The position numbers and the translations under genes were made by a program. From NCBI RefSeq assembly GCF_035594765.1, contig NW_026943822.1:21475769-21539768 (forward strand): 64,000 nucleotides of DNA, written 5' to 3'. Within the stretch, counting starts at the first letter, position 1; every line of letters starts with the position of its first letter. This stretch comes from Anolis carolinensis (Eukaryota). Shown here piece by piece: positions 1-12,739 of this stretch. A model generated the notes under the pieces. That model had not been told where the DNA came from. It did not search any database and saw nothing but the letters and a program-made list of their open reading frames with translations.

Positions 1-360
1 CGTTCCATGTCGGGCTCCCGGTGTCTCTTTTTAGGGGGGCGTCTCCCCCAAAAGGGACCCCCAGGCCGGAGCAAAGCCCCCCAGTGCCAGGGCTGGGTCT
101 GGGGGCTCCATGGAGGCGCCCCAGAGAGCAGGAGAGGGCGAGAGTTTCCCTTGCCTTCTTTCGCAGCCCACTTCGGGGAAACACACCAAGCCCCAGCCTC
201 GTCGGGGAAGAGAGGAGGGTCCGGAGGAGGAGCGCGCCCCCGAGCAGCCGCGGGAGCGCGCACGCCCTTCCTGGGAGGGGGAGAGGGAGGGAGGGAGGGA
301 GGGAGGGAGGGAGGGGACGAGCCCAGACCACCTCCCAGCCTAAGACCAGGCGAGGAGGGC
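1..360. promoter_or_regulatory. GC/CpG-rich promoter-like island of an unidentified neighbouring gene
   Basis: High GC and CpG, (GGGA)n tract; minus-strand ACATGG at 5-10. Confidence 0.45.
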
Positions 361-398
361 TATCACAGTCAATAGAGCCAACATGCCTCTCACACACA

Positions 399-471
<73 letters not shown>

Positions 472-480
472 TGTGCAAAA

Positions 481-1427
481 GCAAAGTGAAGAACCTGCTT
501 TGATTGAAGTCAAAAATCAGAAACTCCTCAAAGCACAGCAGACAAAAAAAAACCAGTACAAGAAAACCGCACTACAAACTAGAGCTGACAGCTGGCACAA
601 CAAAACACTGCCTGGAAAGTTCCTTGACAAAATTGAAGGAAAAGCTGATAAGGAGAAGACCTGGCTCTGGCTCACGAATGGGACCCTGAAGAAGGAGACA
701 GAAGGCCTGATCCTTGCAGCCCAGGAGCAAGCCATCAGAAAAAAGGCAATTCAGGCCAAGATCAAAAAATCAGCTGATGACCCAAAATGCAAACTCTGCA
801 AGGAAACTGACGAAACCATGGATCATATCCTCAGCTGCTGTAAGAAAATCGCACAGACAGACTACAAACAGAGGCACAACTATGTGGCCCAAATGATTCA
901 TTGGAACTTATGCCTCAAGTACCACCTCCCAGCAGCAACGAACTGGTGGGATCACAAACCTGCAAAAGTCTTGGAAAATGAGCACGCAAAGATACTGTGG
1001 GACTTCCGAATCCAGACTGACAAAGTTCTGGAACACAACACACCAGACATCACAGTTGTGGAGAAGAAAAAGGTTTGGATCATTGATGTCGCCATCCCAG
1101 GTGACAGTCGCATTGACGAAAAACAACAGGAAAAACTCAGCCGCTATCAGGACCTCAAGATTGAACTTCAAAGACTCTGGCAGAAACCAGTGCAGGTGGT
1201 CCCGGTGGTGATGGGCACACTGGGTGCCGTGCCAAAAGATCTCAGCCGGCATTTGGAAACAATAGACATTGACAAAATTACGATCTGCCAACTGCAAAAG
1301 GCCACCCGACTGGGATCTGCACACATCATCCGAAAATACATGACACAGTCCTAGACACTTGGGAAGTGTTCGACTTGTGATTTTGTGATACGAAGTCCAG
1401 CATATCTATCTTGTTTGCTGTGTCATA
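481..1427 (+). mobile_element. 5'-truncated R4/Dong-like non-LTR retrotransposon (restriction-like endonuclease)
   Basis: ORF end with CxxC..H..C knuckle, RHN, PDI..IIDVAIP..K..RY (PD-D/ExK); flanked by (TAA)n on both sides. Confidence 0.88.
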
Positions 1428-1689
1428 ATAAAATAATAATAATAATAATAATAACAACAACAACTTTATTTTTGTATCCCGCCTCCATCTCCCTGAAGGG
1501 ACTCGGGGTGGCTCACATGGGGACAAGCCCAATCAACATGGATTAAAGCGTAGATTGATAAAATTAAAACGTTATAGCCACATAAAACAACGTTAACACA
1601 ACATCAATTTACAACCTGAGCAGTAATAATTGCTGAAATAACATTTCACAATCTAATCAATTAAAAACAGCAGGGTCTAAAACGTCACT

Positions 1690-1925
1690 TAAAATGGGTT
1701 GTTGTGAGTTTTCCGGGCTATATGGCCACGTTCCAGAAGCATTCTCTCCTGACGTTTCGCCCACATTGATGGCAGGCATCCATATGTTACAACTTCTGAG
1801 GATGCCTGCCATCGATGTGGGCGAAACGTCAGGAGAGAATGCTTCTGAAACATGGCCATACAGCCCAGAAAACTCACAACAACCCATTTTAGGTGATTCC
1901 GGCCCTGAAAGCTTTTGACAACACA
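1690..1925. mobile_element. Palindromic Penelope-like terminal-repeat fragment with minimal hammerhead motif
   Basis: Inverted arms; CTGAGGA-T-GCCTGC..GTGGGC-GAAAC-GTC at 1796-1830. Same repeat family is attached to a GIY-YIG ORF end at 35.6-35.9 kb. Confidence 0.75.
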
Positions 1926-3004
1926 TGATTAACATGTTTCAAAAACAAACCTCACCTGCACTTTGAATTGGGACTGGAAACTTTATCGGCAGCCAGTGGA
2001 GCCGATTCAATAGGGGCGTCATCCGCTTCCTATAATTAGATCCAGTTAGCAACCTGGCTGACGAACTTTGTACCAGTCGCTGCTTCCGGGCCATTTTCAA
2101 AGGCAGCTAGAGCGCATGGCATTAGTCCAGTCTAGATGTAACTAAGGCGTGGACCGCTGTGGCCGAGTCAGGCTCACAGATTCGAATCCGAAGAGCAGAG
2201 TGAGTGCCCACTATTAGCCCCAGCTTCTGCCAACCTAGCAGTTCGAAAACATGCAAATGTGAGTAGATCAATAGGTACTGCTCTGGTGGGAAGGTAACGG
2301 CGCTCCATGCAGTCATGACCTTGGAGGTGTCTACGGACAATGCCGGCTCTTCGGCTTAGAAATGGAGATGAGCACCAACTCCCAGAGTCGGACACAATTA
2401 GACTTAACGTCAGGAGAAAACCTTTACCTTAAATACATGGAGGGCCAAAGTTTGCTCCATACAATGTCCATACAATGCAGTTTCAAACTGGATTATATGG
2501 CAGCGTAGATGGGGCCTTTGTTTATTTCCTCATTCTTGGCCCCCAATGTCAACACCAGCGAATAGCGGAGAATCAGGGGAAGGTGATTTCCATGCCTTTG
2601 GACAACTTCGCACAACGTTACAGCACGATTTTTCGTACAACAGTGACATCTACTGTCTCTCCACTAAGAGAACCATTTTTGCATTGAAATTTACCACGGC
2701 CAAAGTTTCCCAGCAATAGGATTCAGAGACGGGAATCGGGAATTATTTCTCCAAGGAAATAATGCATCTACGCTGTTGAATTAATGCAGTTTGATGCCAC
2801 TGTAGCTAACATGGTTTAATCGTAGGAGATCGTGGGATCTGCAGTCTGGTAGCTTGGACTAGAGAGGGATAAAGACCTTGTAAAACCACAACTCCCAAGA
2901 TACACCAATGCAAAAAAAATATATAAGAGCGGTCAAATGTATTCCAGCAAACTTTTTATTCAAAATATGCACAGGTGAAATTAAACAACCGAATCAAATA
3001 CTTC

Positions 3005-3270
3005 TTGTAGTGAGTTTTCCGGGCTGTGCATGTTCCAGAAGCATTCTCTCCTGACGTTTCGCCCACACCTATGGCAGGCATCCTCCGAGGTTGTGAGGTC
3101 TGTTGGAAACTAGGCAAGTGGGGTTTATGTAATGTCCAGGGTGGGAGGAAGAATTTTCATTTGCTTGAGGCAAGTGTGAATGTTGCAATTGGCCAGATTG
3201 AATAGCCTTGATGCTTCAAAGCCTGGGGGGGAATCCTTTGTTGGGAGGTGTTAGCTGGCCCTGATGGTTT
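3005..3270 (-). mobile_element. Penelope-like element fragment
   Basis: Same terminal-repeat sequence as the other copies. Confidence 0.7.
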
Positions 3271-4917
3271 CAAAATCCGTTTGAAACCACTTCTTCTGTA
3301 AGGCATCCTTGTTCATATAATCAGCAGACTAATCAATAAACATCTCTATCTAACTATCGATCTATTTTAAAGGCACCCAACGACGACAATATTTGAGTTT
3401 GATTTTTTTTTAATGGATTTGATTATTCAGTTTTAATTTTCCTGAACAATCCAATGCTCAGCTTCCAAGAGGTGTGGACTGTAGTGTCTTGCTGAAGGAC
3501 CTGGACATTCCTACAGATGTTTTTTTTAAAAAGTAGCAATTAAAAAATATGCATTGAGATTTGTAGACAGGAAACACAATTTTAAAAAGCAATGTTAAAA
3601 AAATGATATTGCAGAGCTATGTGTTGAAGTTTGAAAACTTTTGGCGAATTGAAAAACCCAGATACTAATTGGGGAAAAGGAGAGTTATATTCTTCCTGTA
3701 ATCTGGTAGTGTGGAGCCTTGTGCCGGCTGAACTGCTGACCTGAAGGTTGGGTTGCTGACCTGAAGGTCGGCGGTTTGAATCCGCGAGATGGGGTGAGCT
3801 CCCGTCTGTCAGCTCTAGCTTGCAGGGACATGAGAGAAGCCTCCCAGCAGGATGGTAACATGTCCAGGCGTCCCCTGAGCAACGTCTCTGTAGACGGCCA
3901 ATTCTCTCACACCAGAAGCGACTTGTAGTATGTTCTCAAGTTGCAACTGCATCTGGAGCAACGATGAGACCTAGATGATTCTTGGAAGATTTGGGGCATG
4001 GAAGTGGGTCCAAGCACGGCCTTGGAGATTATTTCCTCGATCTTCTTGACACCAAACTCAAGAGATGAATGATCTCGTGGAGAAGAAGGAGACACTCACT
4101 AAAAAAAACGAAAGGAACTAGAGTGAGAGTTTCCATACCAATCACATCAAGCAATGATTCAGACCAAAACTTTGAAAAGTTAGATTTTTTTGAACAGCAA
4201 ATCCTAGTATCCCGTATCCCAGTGTTTCTCGAACTGGGGTCTCCAGATGTTTTTGGCCTTCAACTCCCAGAAATCCTAACATCTGGAAAACTGGCAGGGA
4301 TTTCTGGGAGTTGTAGGCCCAAATCATCTGGGGATCCCAGGTTGAGAAACACTCGTGTTCCAGGATACGACTTTGCTCTTCTAAACTAACTGGGTCAACT
4401 TCATCCCATGCAATAAGGAAAGTGTTGGGGACCATTGTTTATCCCTGAAGCTTCGTTTGGAAATTAAACAGATTTTCCTGCCCTCCTCACATGTGAAATT
4501 TGATATTTTTACACATCTCTATGCAGGGAATTAAAAATATAGTCAATTGCCAAATTGACTTGGGAATCTTTAGAAATGGCAAAATAGTTGAAACTCACAG
4601 TATGAACTTGTGTCGTGTAATGGGCTCTGTCAGTAGCCATTTCTGATGAAGAAACGTATGACGCGTATGATGAATTCCTTAGTCAATCTAACCCAGTATG
4701 GTTGTTGTTGTTGTCCGGCACGTAACCAGTGGAGCTACTGATTTAGTAAGCAACTCAACAAAACTTATTTATTTACACCCCGCTTTATCTCCCCGAAGTG
4801 GACTCAAAATGGGAAATGTAAACACCATGTTGGGATGGGAAAGGATATCATTAAAAACACAAACATTGTAGTAGGAACTTGTGAGTCTCCTTGTGGAGAG
4901 AAAAAATGGGGTATAAA

Positions 4918-4959
<42 letters not shown>

Positions 4960-5090
4960 AATATAGTAGTAGTAGTAGTAGTATTAATCAATTTAATTGT
5001 TTAATTTACTCAACTGCTATCAATTTAACAATATAATAATATATAATAATCATATTATACTATACTAATATTATAATATATTGTATTGTA

Positions 5091-5727
5091 TCTATATATA
5101 TAAACGGGTAATGAAATTTCAGCCTAGGACAAAACAACAAAACTACACATCCCAGAAACACTAAACTTGGCAGCACAACCCCTCATCCATGCCTCTATGT
5201 TCATACAACAAAAAGAAAAGAAAAATAAAGTCCTAATTAGAGGGAGAGGAATAATTGTTTTTATCCAATTGCTGCCAGTTAGAAGGCTAAGTTCCGCCCA
5301 CTTGGTCTCCTAGCAACCCACTCAGCCCAGGGGACAGGCAGAGTTAGGGCTCACTTAGGCCTCTTCCACACTGCCTATAAAATACAGATCAGATTTTAAC
5401 TGGATTACAGTATATGGCAGTGTAGACTCAAGGCCCTTCTACACAGCCATATAACCCATTTATAATCTTATATTATCTGCTTTGAACTGGATTATCTGGA
5501 CTCCACACTGACATATAATCCACTTCAGTGTGCATTTTATACAGCTGTGTAGAAGGGGCCTCATATAATCCAGTTCTAAGCAGATAATATAAGATTATAA
5601 ATATAATATGTAATAATTACTGTGATATAATAATACAGAACAATATAATCTCTAAAATCAGGACAGTAAATAAAGAACAACACTCTGAAAGCATAAGCCA
5701 CAGCAATGCGTGGCCGGACAAAGCTAG
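5091..5727 (+). mobile_element. Non-autonomous Helitron
   Basis: A|TC...CTAG|T, no TSD, subterminal hairpin GCCAC..GTGGC. Confidence 0.8.
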
Positions 5728-6084
5728 TATACATATAATATTGATAATATTCTGATGTAATACAATGTAATAATAATAATACACTATTATAATTGTACAT
5801 TTATATTACATGTAATATTACTAATAATATTGCTATATAGTCGTTTAGTACAATATAATAATATATAATGCTTATGTAGTGCTTATATTGTGCTATACTA
5901 ATAATATAATATATTGTATGTATATATAAATTGTAAGCCACCCTGAGTCCCCCTCGGGATGAGAAGGGTGGAATATAAATGTCAATAATAATAGAATTCC
6001 ATACAACCCTGAATCCATTGTTTCATTTACCCACGTGTCAACAGCAACAAAACCACATCCAATCTCAACTTCTGAGGCACTCAC

Positions 6085-8673
6085 CATAAACCCGTCTTCA
6101 GATTCATCAGAGCTGCTGATCATAATGCTGGCGGGCTCTGCAAGCGGATGAATGACAGTCAGCACCACAAGCAATGAAATTATAAGCAGACTTGATCTAT
6201 ACAGTGGACTCTGGGTTGGGTTCCAGGATCTTTCGTGGAGACCAAAATCCATGGATACTCAAGTCCCATTGAAATAACGGCATAGTCAAATGTGTGGGGA
6301 TTTGTAAAGAGGCACCATGATGTAATGGGTTGACTGGAAAGGCATGTGTTGGCAGCTGATTGGCTGAGCATGCCAGGAGCCAGAATTCTGATTGGCTACT
6401 ATCTCTAGCCCGCTGCTGTGACAAACAGTTTTAACTGCCACTTTCACCTCGGAGAGTGAAGAGAGTGCTGACTGGAAACAGTCGGGATGGAAATGGTTGC
6501 CAACTCTCCAAAGCCTGGTTATTTATAATAACAACAATAACAACAACAACAACTTTATTTTTGTATACCGCCTCCATCCCCCCAACGGGGACTTGGAGCG
6601 GCTCACATGTAGACAAGCCCAATACAAATCACATAACATCATAAAATCAACAGTTAAAACAAGAAGCATCACATTTAAAAACAAATTAAACAGGTCACAG
6701 TTTAAAATGTAATAATAAATAGAGTAAACTAATAGATGTATTAATAATAAAAAATAGAGTAAAATAAATGTAAAAGTAACAACAATAATAGAGTAAAATA
6801 ATAAATGTAATAATAACTAATAGAGTAAAATAATAAATGTATCAATAACAATAATAATAGAGAAAAATAATAAATATACCATATATACTTGAGTATAAGC
6901 CGACCTGAATATAAGCCCACCAGAACCCTCACCCGAGTATAAGCCGAGGAAGTATTTTTTCAGTCCTAAAAAAGGGCTGAAAAACTAGGCTTATACTCAA
7001 GTATATGCAGTACATCAAATAGACAAAGCATTTATATTTATAAGGCAAATGAGACATATTTAAAGACTGTATAAAAGGACTGTTTATTCCCTCTGCTCTC
7101 TGTGTGAATTCAGAGACTGCTGCATATATTGTTGCCCTGTTTGACCTTTCGAACTGAAGTAAAGTTACTGTTACTTGTTACACAAGCCTGAGTGACACTT
7201 TATTATACTGCAGGGTATATTTTGGCTCAGAAACTGTGGCAATGCTTCTATTTATTTATATCTACAAACTCCAACAAAATGGTCTCCCTTATAGAAAAAA
7301 GCTAAAACGCAATTGGCTCTTCTGTTTTGAAGGCCCCGCTTCTTAGTTGCCTACCTTCGTCGGCATCCCCGGGCGAAGAGTTCTCCACGATCTCGATGGA
7401 ATTGACGAATTCTTTCTGCTCTTTCTTTGGGGTGGAGCTTTGGGGAGGAGGAGGCGGCGTGCTCCGAAGGACCTCTTGGACGTACCGGCTGGAGGGCTCC
7501 CCGGGCTCAACGTCACCATCTTCCATCTTCAGGGCCTTGGCGCAGGCCTGGATGCACTTCTCGGTCTGGTTCAGAGAGCGCTTCAACGGGGAGGTGATGG
7601 ACGGGGCCTAAGAGGAGAACGCTGGCGTCAACATCATCCTGATCCCAGCACAGGATGACAGGTGACCAATGGAAAAATTCGGGGAGACTTCTTTTGGAGG
7701 ACAACTCCCAAATGGCCATGCTTTGACCACCCTTGCACCTAGAACAGTGGTCCTCATGTTGTAGTGATCCCCAACCATAAAATTATTTTCATTACTACTT
7801 CGTAACTGTCATTTTGCTATTGTTATGAATCGTAACGTACCCGTATATACTCGAATATAAGCCGACCCGAATATAAGCCGACCCGAATATAAGCCGAGGC
7901 ACCTAATTTTACCACAAAAAAAATGGCACTTTTTAGCCACTACAGCTGAGTAACCTCCTTCCCTGATGATATGATTTATTTGCACTCTTAGCACTTTGGC
8001 CTAGATTCTTTGAACCTAATCCATGATTTTAACATTTTATCTTGTACTAGCGGTGCCCGGCCACGCGTTGCTGTGACAAAGTGGTGGTGGTATTGGTTAA
8101 AAATTGTTGTGTAATTTTTATTTGACGTTATTTGTATTTTTTAATTAATTTTATTGTAAGTTATCTTTTTATTTATTATATTTTATTATTTTCTTGTATT
8201 ATTTTTAGTTATTTTCTGTTATTATAGTATTTTATTGTATTAATGTTTTTAGTATTTTTAATTATTTTTTAGTGTTTTTATTATTTTTATTGGGTTGCTA
8301 GGAGACCAAGTTGGAGGAGCTTAGCCTTCTAACTGGTAGCAATTGGATAAAAGCAATTATTCCTCTCTCTCTCTCTCTCTCTAATTAGGACTTTATTTTT
8401 CTTTTCTTTTTGTTGTATCAACCTAGAGCCGTGGATGATGGGTTGTGTTGTCAAATTTCGAGGTTGGGGGGCCTGTAGTTTTGTTGTTTTGTGGGTCACC
8501 GTGACGCCATCACTCTTTTATATATATAGATGTGGTTTTTATGACTTGTTTTTATGGTTTGATTATTGGTTTCATTGGTTTTCTTGTCTTGTTTTTATTG
8601 TTCTGTTCGGGCTTGGCCCCATGTAAGCCACCCTGAGTCCCTTCGGGGAGATGGGGCGGGGTATAAGAATAAA

Positions 8674-8709
<36 letters not shown>

Positions 8710-11700
8710 AAAACTGGGAGAACTTATTGACCCAAATATAAGCCGAGGGTGGAAAATGAAGCAGCTGCTAGTAAATTTCAAAATAAAAATAGATACCAAT
8801 AAAATTACATTAATTAATCAAGGCATCAGTAGGTTAAATAATGTATATACATATGGATATAGATATACAGGTACATGGATCTATATGTACCGTATATACT
8901 AGAGTATAAGCCGACCCGAATATAAGCCGAGGGTGGAAATTGAAGCAGCTGCTGGTAAATTTCAAAATAAAAATAGATACCAATAAAATTACATTAATTA
9001 ATCAAGGCATCAGTAGGTTAAATAATGTATATACATATGGATATAGATATACACATACATGGATCTATATGTACCGTATATACTAGAGTAAAAGCCGACC
9101 CGAATATAAGCCGAGGGTGGAAATTGAAGCAGCTGCTGCTAAATTTTAAAATAAAAATAGATACCAATAAAATTACATTAATTAATCGAGGCATCAGTAG
9201 GTAAAATAATGTATTTAATGCAGCAATACTCAATATGCCATAATGTAAATACTGGTGGAGTTTGTAGAAAATAAACCTTGATATTTGGGAATTGCAGTTG
9301 CCGGGATTTATAGTTCACCTCCCTATCCCACTTGGAGTCTCAGAAACGCTGATCTAGAGTATGTTTAGCCCCTTGGCCAGTTCAGTTTAGACCAAAACCC
9401 AGAGTAGATTAAAAAAATACAACCATAGAAAGGAGAGCATTGAAGACACAGAGATCAAACGACAGTCGAGACAAGGAACTTACAAATCCACGCAGAGAAC
9501 TTACAAATCCATGCAGCGTCTTTGCGAGGCTGATGGTGTACATGGGAGTAACCATCTTCATCCCCTGAGGCCGCAGTGGCGTTTTCTCCTCCTGTGTTGA
9601 AAAATAAACAAGAAAAAACACAAATCTGGAGAGTGTTAATACCAAGGAGGCACCTTGGATGACTTCGCAAATACAGAGTCTCAAAATACAGTTCGTTCTC
9701 CATATTTGCTAGGGTATTTCCCTACCAAACTAATATATTGTCCACGTTTGGAAACTATTTGATGCACATATTTTTATGTACAGGGTCCATACCCTAAAGT
9801 ACAAACATTTTTTACCATCTTGTTTTGGTAAAGGATATTCTCTAGGCCTAAATATCCTGCAGGGCATCAGATCCCATCAGATCTTGAAACCAAGGATCAC
9901 CCTTGGTTAGTGTTTGGACTGGAGGCCCACCAATGAATGCCAGACTTGAAGGAACAAGCTTTGTGGCTCCCAAACAAGAAATATCCTCACAATAAGGGAC
10001 ACATGGCAAGCTATCGCAACTCTTAACTCACCGAATTGACCGCCGGAGCAGAGGGGAGATCAGCAGATTCTGCAAAACGAACTCCATCTACAAGAAGGAA
10101 AGAGGATAAAACTTGTCATTGGTTCCAATGAGATGATCGGGACCCATTGGACCTCGACACGATCGGGACCCGTCGAGCCTCGACACCATGGGGACCTGTC
10201 GAGCCTCAACACTGTCGAGACTGTCGAGCCTCAACACGATCGGGACCCATCGAGCCTCAACACCGTCGAGACCGTCAAGCCTCAACACGATCAGGACACG
10301 TCGAGCCTCAACACGATCGGGACCCGCCGAGCCTCAACACCGTCGGGACCCGTCGAGCCTCAACAACGTCGGGACCTGTCGAGCCTCAACACGGTCGAGA
10401 CCCATCAAGCCTCAACACGGTCGAGACCCGTCGAGCCTCAACAACATCGAGATCCGTCGAGCCTCAACAACATCGAGACCCGTCGAGCCTCAACAACATC
10501 GAGACCCGTCGAGCCTCAACAACATCTAGACCCATCTAGCTTCAACAACCTAGTTTGTAGCAGCCACAAAAACAAAGTTTCTGAGGTATAACAACTACTT
10601 TCAAAGTAAATACTGTGCAATTAAACAGGAAATAACATTTCCAAACAGGGAACAGAACATTTTTCACATTTTGTTGCATAGTGTTATTCGTCAATGCCAA
10701 CTCAATTCCAATAAACAATCTCTGTTTCATCGTCCACCAACCTCTTCTCTTGCTTAATCCAAACCAACGTCCACAATCCGGAGAAGAAACAACCAAGGGA
10801 CATAGACTTGGAACCAGTTTTGGGGGATCTGCTTACCCTCCTCTCCTTTGACTCTCTTGTAGAGAACCTGGAGTTCGCTTTTGACGTCTGCAAAGTTTTC
10901 CGTCTGGGCCCGGAACCCAACGGCTGGCGCTTCCACCCTCCGGAGGTCCTCCAAAGACTCCCGGATGAAGGGGTGCAGGTCCATCACTTCTTGGTCCGAG
11001 GCGAAGGAGTTCATCTTCTCCACCAACTGCTCGCTGGTCTCCATCCTCTGGACCACGCTCTCCGCGCTCTGCAGCTTCTTCTCGACGGCCTCGCGGTCTT
11101 GGCGGAGCTTCCTGTCCACCTTCTCCAGAAGCTGGTCCCCCTTCATCTGGATCCAATCCATCATCTCCTTCACCTGGGCTTGGATCTGGTCTCGGGTTTC
11201 GTTGCGGACCTTCTCCATCTCCTGCAGCCTTTCATGGATGGAGTGGCAGGTGTCCTCGTAGCTCTTCTTCTTCTCCGACAGCAGCTCCTTCATCCTGACC
11301 AAGTCTTCCTTCCTGTTTTCGATTTCCACCCGGATGTCGCAGTACATCTTGGCACCGTAGTGTTCGCTGTCCAGAATGGCACAGGAGCAGCAGAAAGGTT
11401 TGCAGCAACCCCGGCAATAGAGACTGTCAACAACAACAAATAGTCTGCACTATGCAATAAAACAACAACAAATAGTCTACACTAGGAATGCAGTTTGGCT
11501 TTTTTGCAGGTCCACCAGCGGTGGAAAAAAGTCCCCACTTGATCCCCACATTTCCAACATTTATTTGACATTTTGTTGTAAAAAAAATTGATAATTTTTG
11601 GGGGTTCAGGTACCATCTATAAAGTATTTTAATCCAATTTCTTTCATTTTAGCCTAAAAATTTAGCCTATTATTTTTCTCTATTATTGCTGCTACTATTG

Positions 11701-12656
11701 CATTTATTTTACTCTATTTTTATTTTTATTATTAATACATTTATTATTTCACTCTGATCTTATTATTATTATTATTGCATTTATTATTTTACTCTATGTA
11801 TTATTACATGTACTTGAAAGAGGAGCAATTGAAAGTGTTGATCTAAGGTTAAGTTTTGCTATTCTAGGAGGATAATAAGAAGATACCGACACTAGAAATA
11901 GATAGACAAGAAAAGGTATTTAAAATTTTTCTAAAGAAACTGTGCGACAGATGGAAGTCTATATTTTTCTTTTTTATTTATATTATTTTGTTTTATGTTC
12001 TGTTATGTTGTTGTAGTTGGTTTTTTTTTTACTTTTTAAAATCACAGAATTCACTATGTAATGTCATTTTTATTATTTTATGTCTGCATTTGTCTACCAC
12101 AATTCAAAAAATCACTAATAAAATTATTTAATTAAAAAAAGGAATACAGTTTGGTACTACTTTGACTGGCATGCCCTCACCTGACAAGCTGGTCGCTATG
12201 GGCAGGGTCCGAGCAGAAGAAGCGGCTGGACTTCCTCGTCCCCTCCAGGAAACTCAAAGCCGTGTCGTTCTTCAAATCGCTCAGCTTTTGGGCCTCGTGG
12301 CTCTTCTGCTTCAGGTACCACTGGTGGGCGTTGTAGCACACCAGGCAAAGAAACTCCTCGCACTCGGGACACCAGAACGCCGCTTCACTCTGGCACCGAT
12401 CGCACACCAAGTCTTTGCTGTCGGCAATCTTCCGGAAGGTGGTCAGCTTGGCCTGCAGGTGGGCAAAGAGCAGGTTGTCCTGAATCGGGGCCCCAGCGTG
12501 CCTCTGGATGTCGATCTTGCACGCTGGACACTGGCCGATGGGCTTGCTCTCGTCCAGGCACTCGGCACAAAAGGTGTGGAGACAAGGCAGGAGCTTGGGG
12601 TCCTTGGCTTCTTTCATGCATTTCTTGCACTTCAGGAACTGAAAGTCCTCCTCCAT
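6085..12656 (-). CDS. PML: PML (TRIM19) promyelocytic leukemia protein, multi-exon; C-terminal exons beyond 6085 uncertain
   Basis: Exons (minus): 12659-12181 (ATG 12656; RING CKKC..CLH..C..C..CPAC and B-box1), 11423-10837 (B-box2 SLYCRGCCKPFCCSCAILDSEH and coiled coil), 10087-10032, 9591-9505, 7607-7355 (LKME, K490-like SUMO site), 6137-6085 (IMISSSDESED phospho-SIM). All GT-AG and in phase; clear similarity to human PML (EEFQFLRC..., IYCRGCSKPLCCSC, VVVISSSEDSD). Confidence 0.93.
6293..7276 (+). mobile_element. Solo LTR (family A) with nested insertions
   Basis: TG...CA, TSD AAATG, ATTGG boxes, AGTAAA. Confidence 0.78.
8047..8530 (-). mobile_element. Non-autonomous Helitron
   Basis: Same termini and shared internal core. 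Confidence 0.8.
9845..9945 (+). pseudogene. Degenerate 5S rRNA-derived sequence (pseudogene or 5S-SINE head)
   Basis: GATCCCATCAGATCTTG..TGGTTAGTGTTTGGA..GAATGCC aligns by eye to 5S GATCTCGTCTGATCTCG..TGGTTAGTACTTGGA..GAATACC. Confidence 0.55.
10135..10548. repeat. CpG-rich ~25-26-bp minisatellite
   Basis: Unit ~CGAGACCCGTCGAGCCTCAACAACAT, about 16 copies. Confidence 0.9.
11812..12140 (+). mobile_element. Probable L1 3' UTR fragment
   Basis: GATGGAAGTCTAT motif shared with 39287, T-rich tract, AATAAA and short A tail. Confidence 0.5.
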
Positions 12657-12739
12657 TCCCTGCAGGAAAGGAACGGAAGAGGGTGAGTGACAAGAATTGG
12701 GCAACCAGACATCCCAACACAAGATAGACCAGGTATAGA

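Noticed and set aside
7-503. GC-rich ORFs and poly-Asn ORF
   Set aside because: Stop-poor GC island plus (AAT)n; no recognisable protein.
2885-2900. ACTACAACTCCCA-like motifs as ZNF143 promoter sites throughout the window
   Set aside because: The short core is part of common local repeats; only the extended matches at 17482 and 35027 were kept.
10133-10591. Three overlapping plus-strand ORFs
   Set aside because: Translations of a minisatellite.
10808-12686. Plus-strand ORFs of 174-211 aa
   Set aside because: Antisense shadows of PML exons 2 and 3.
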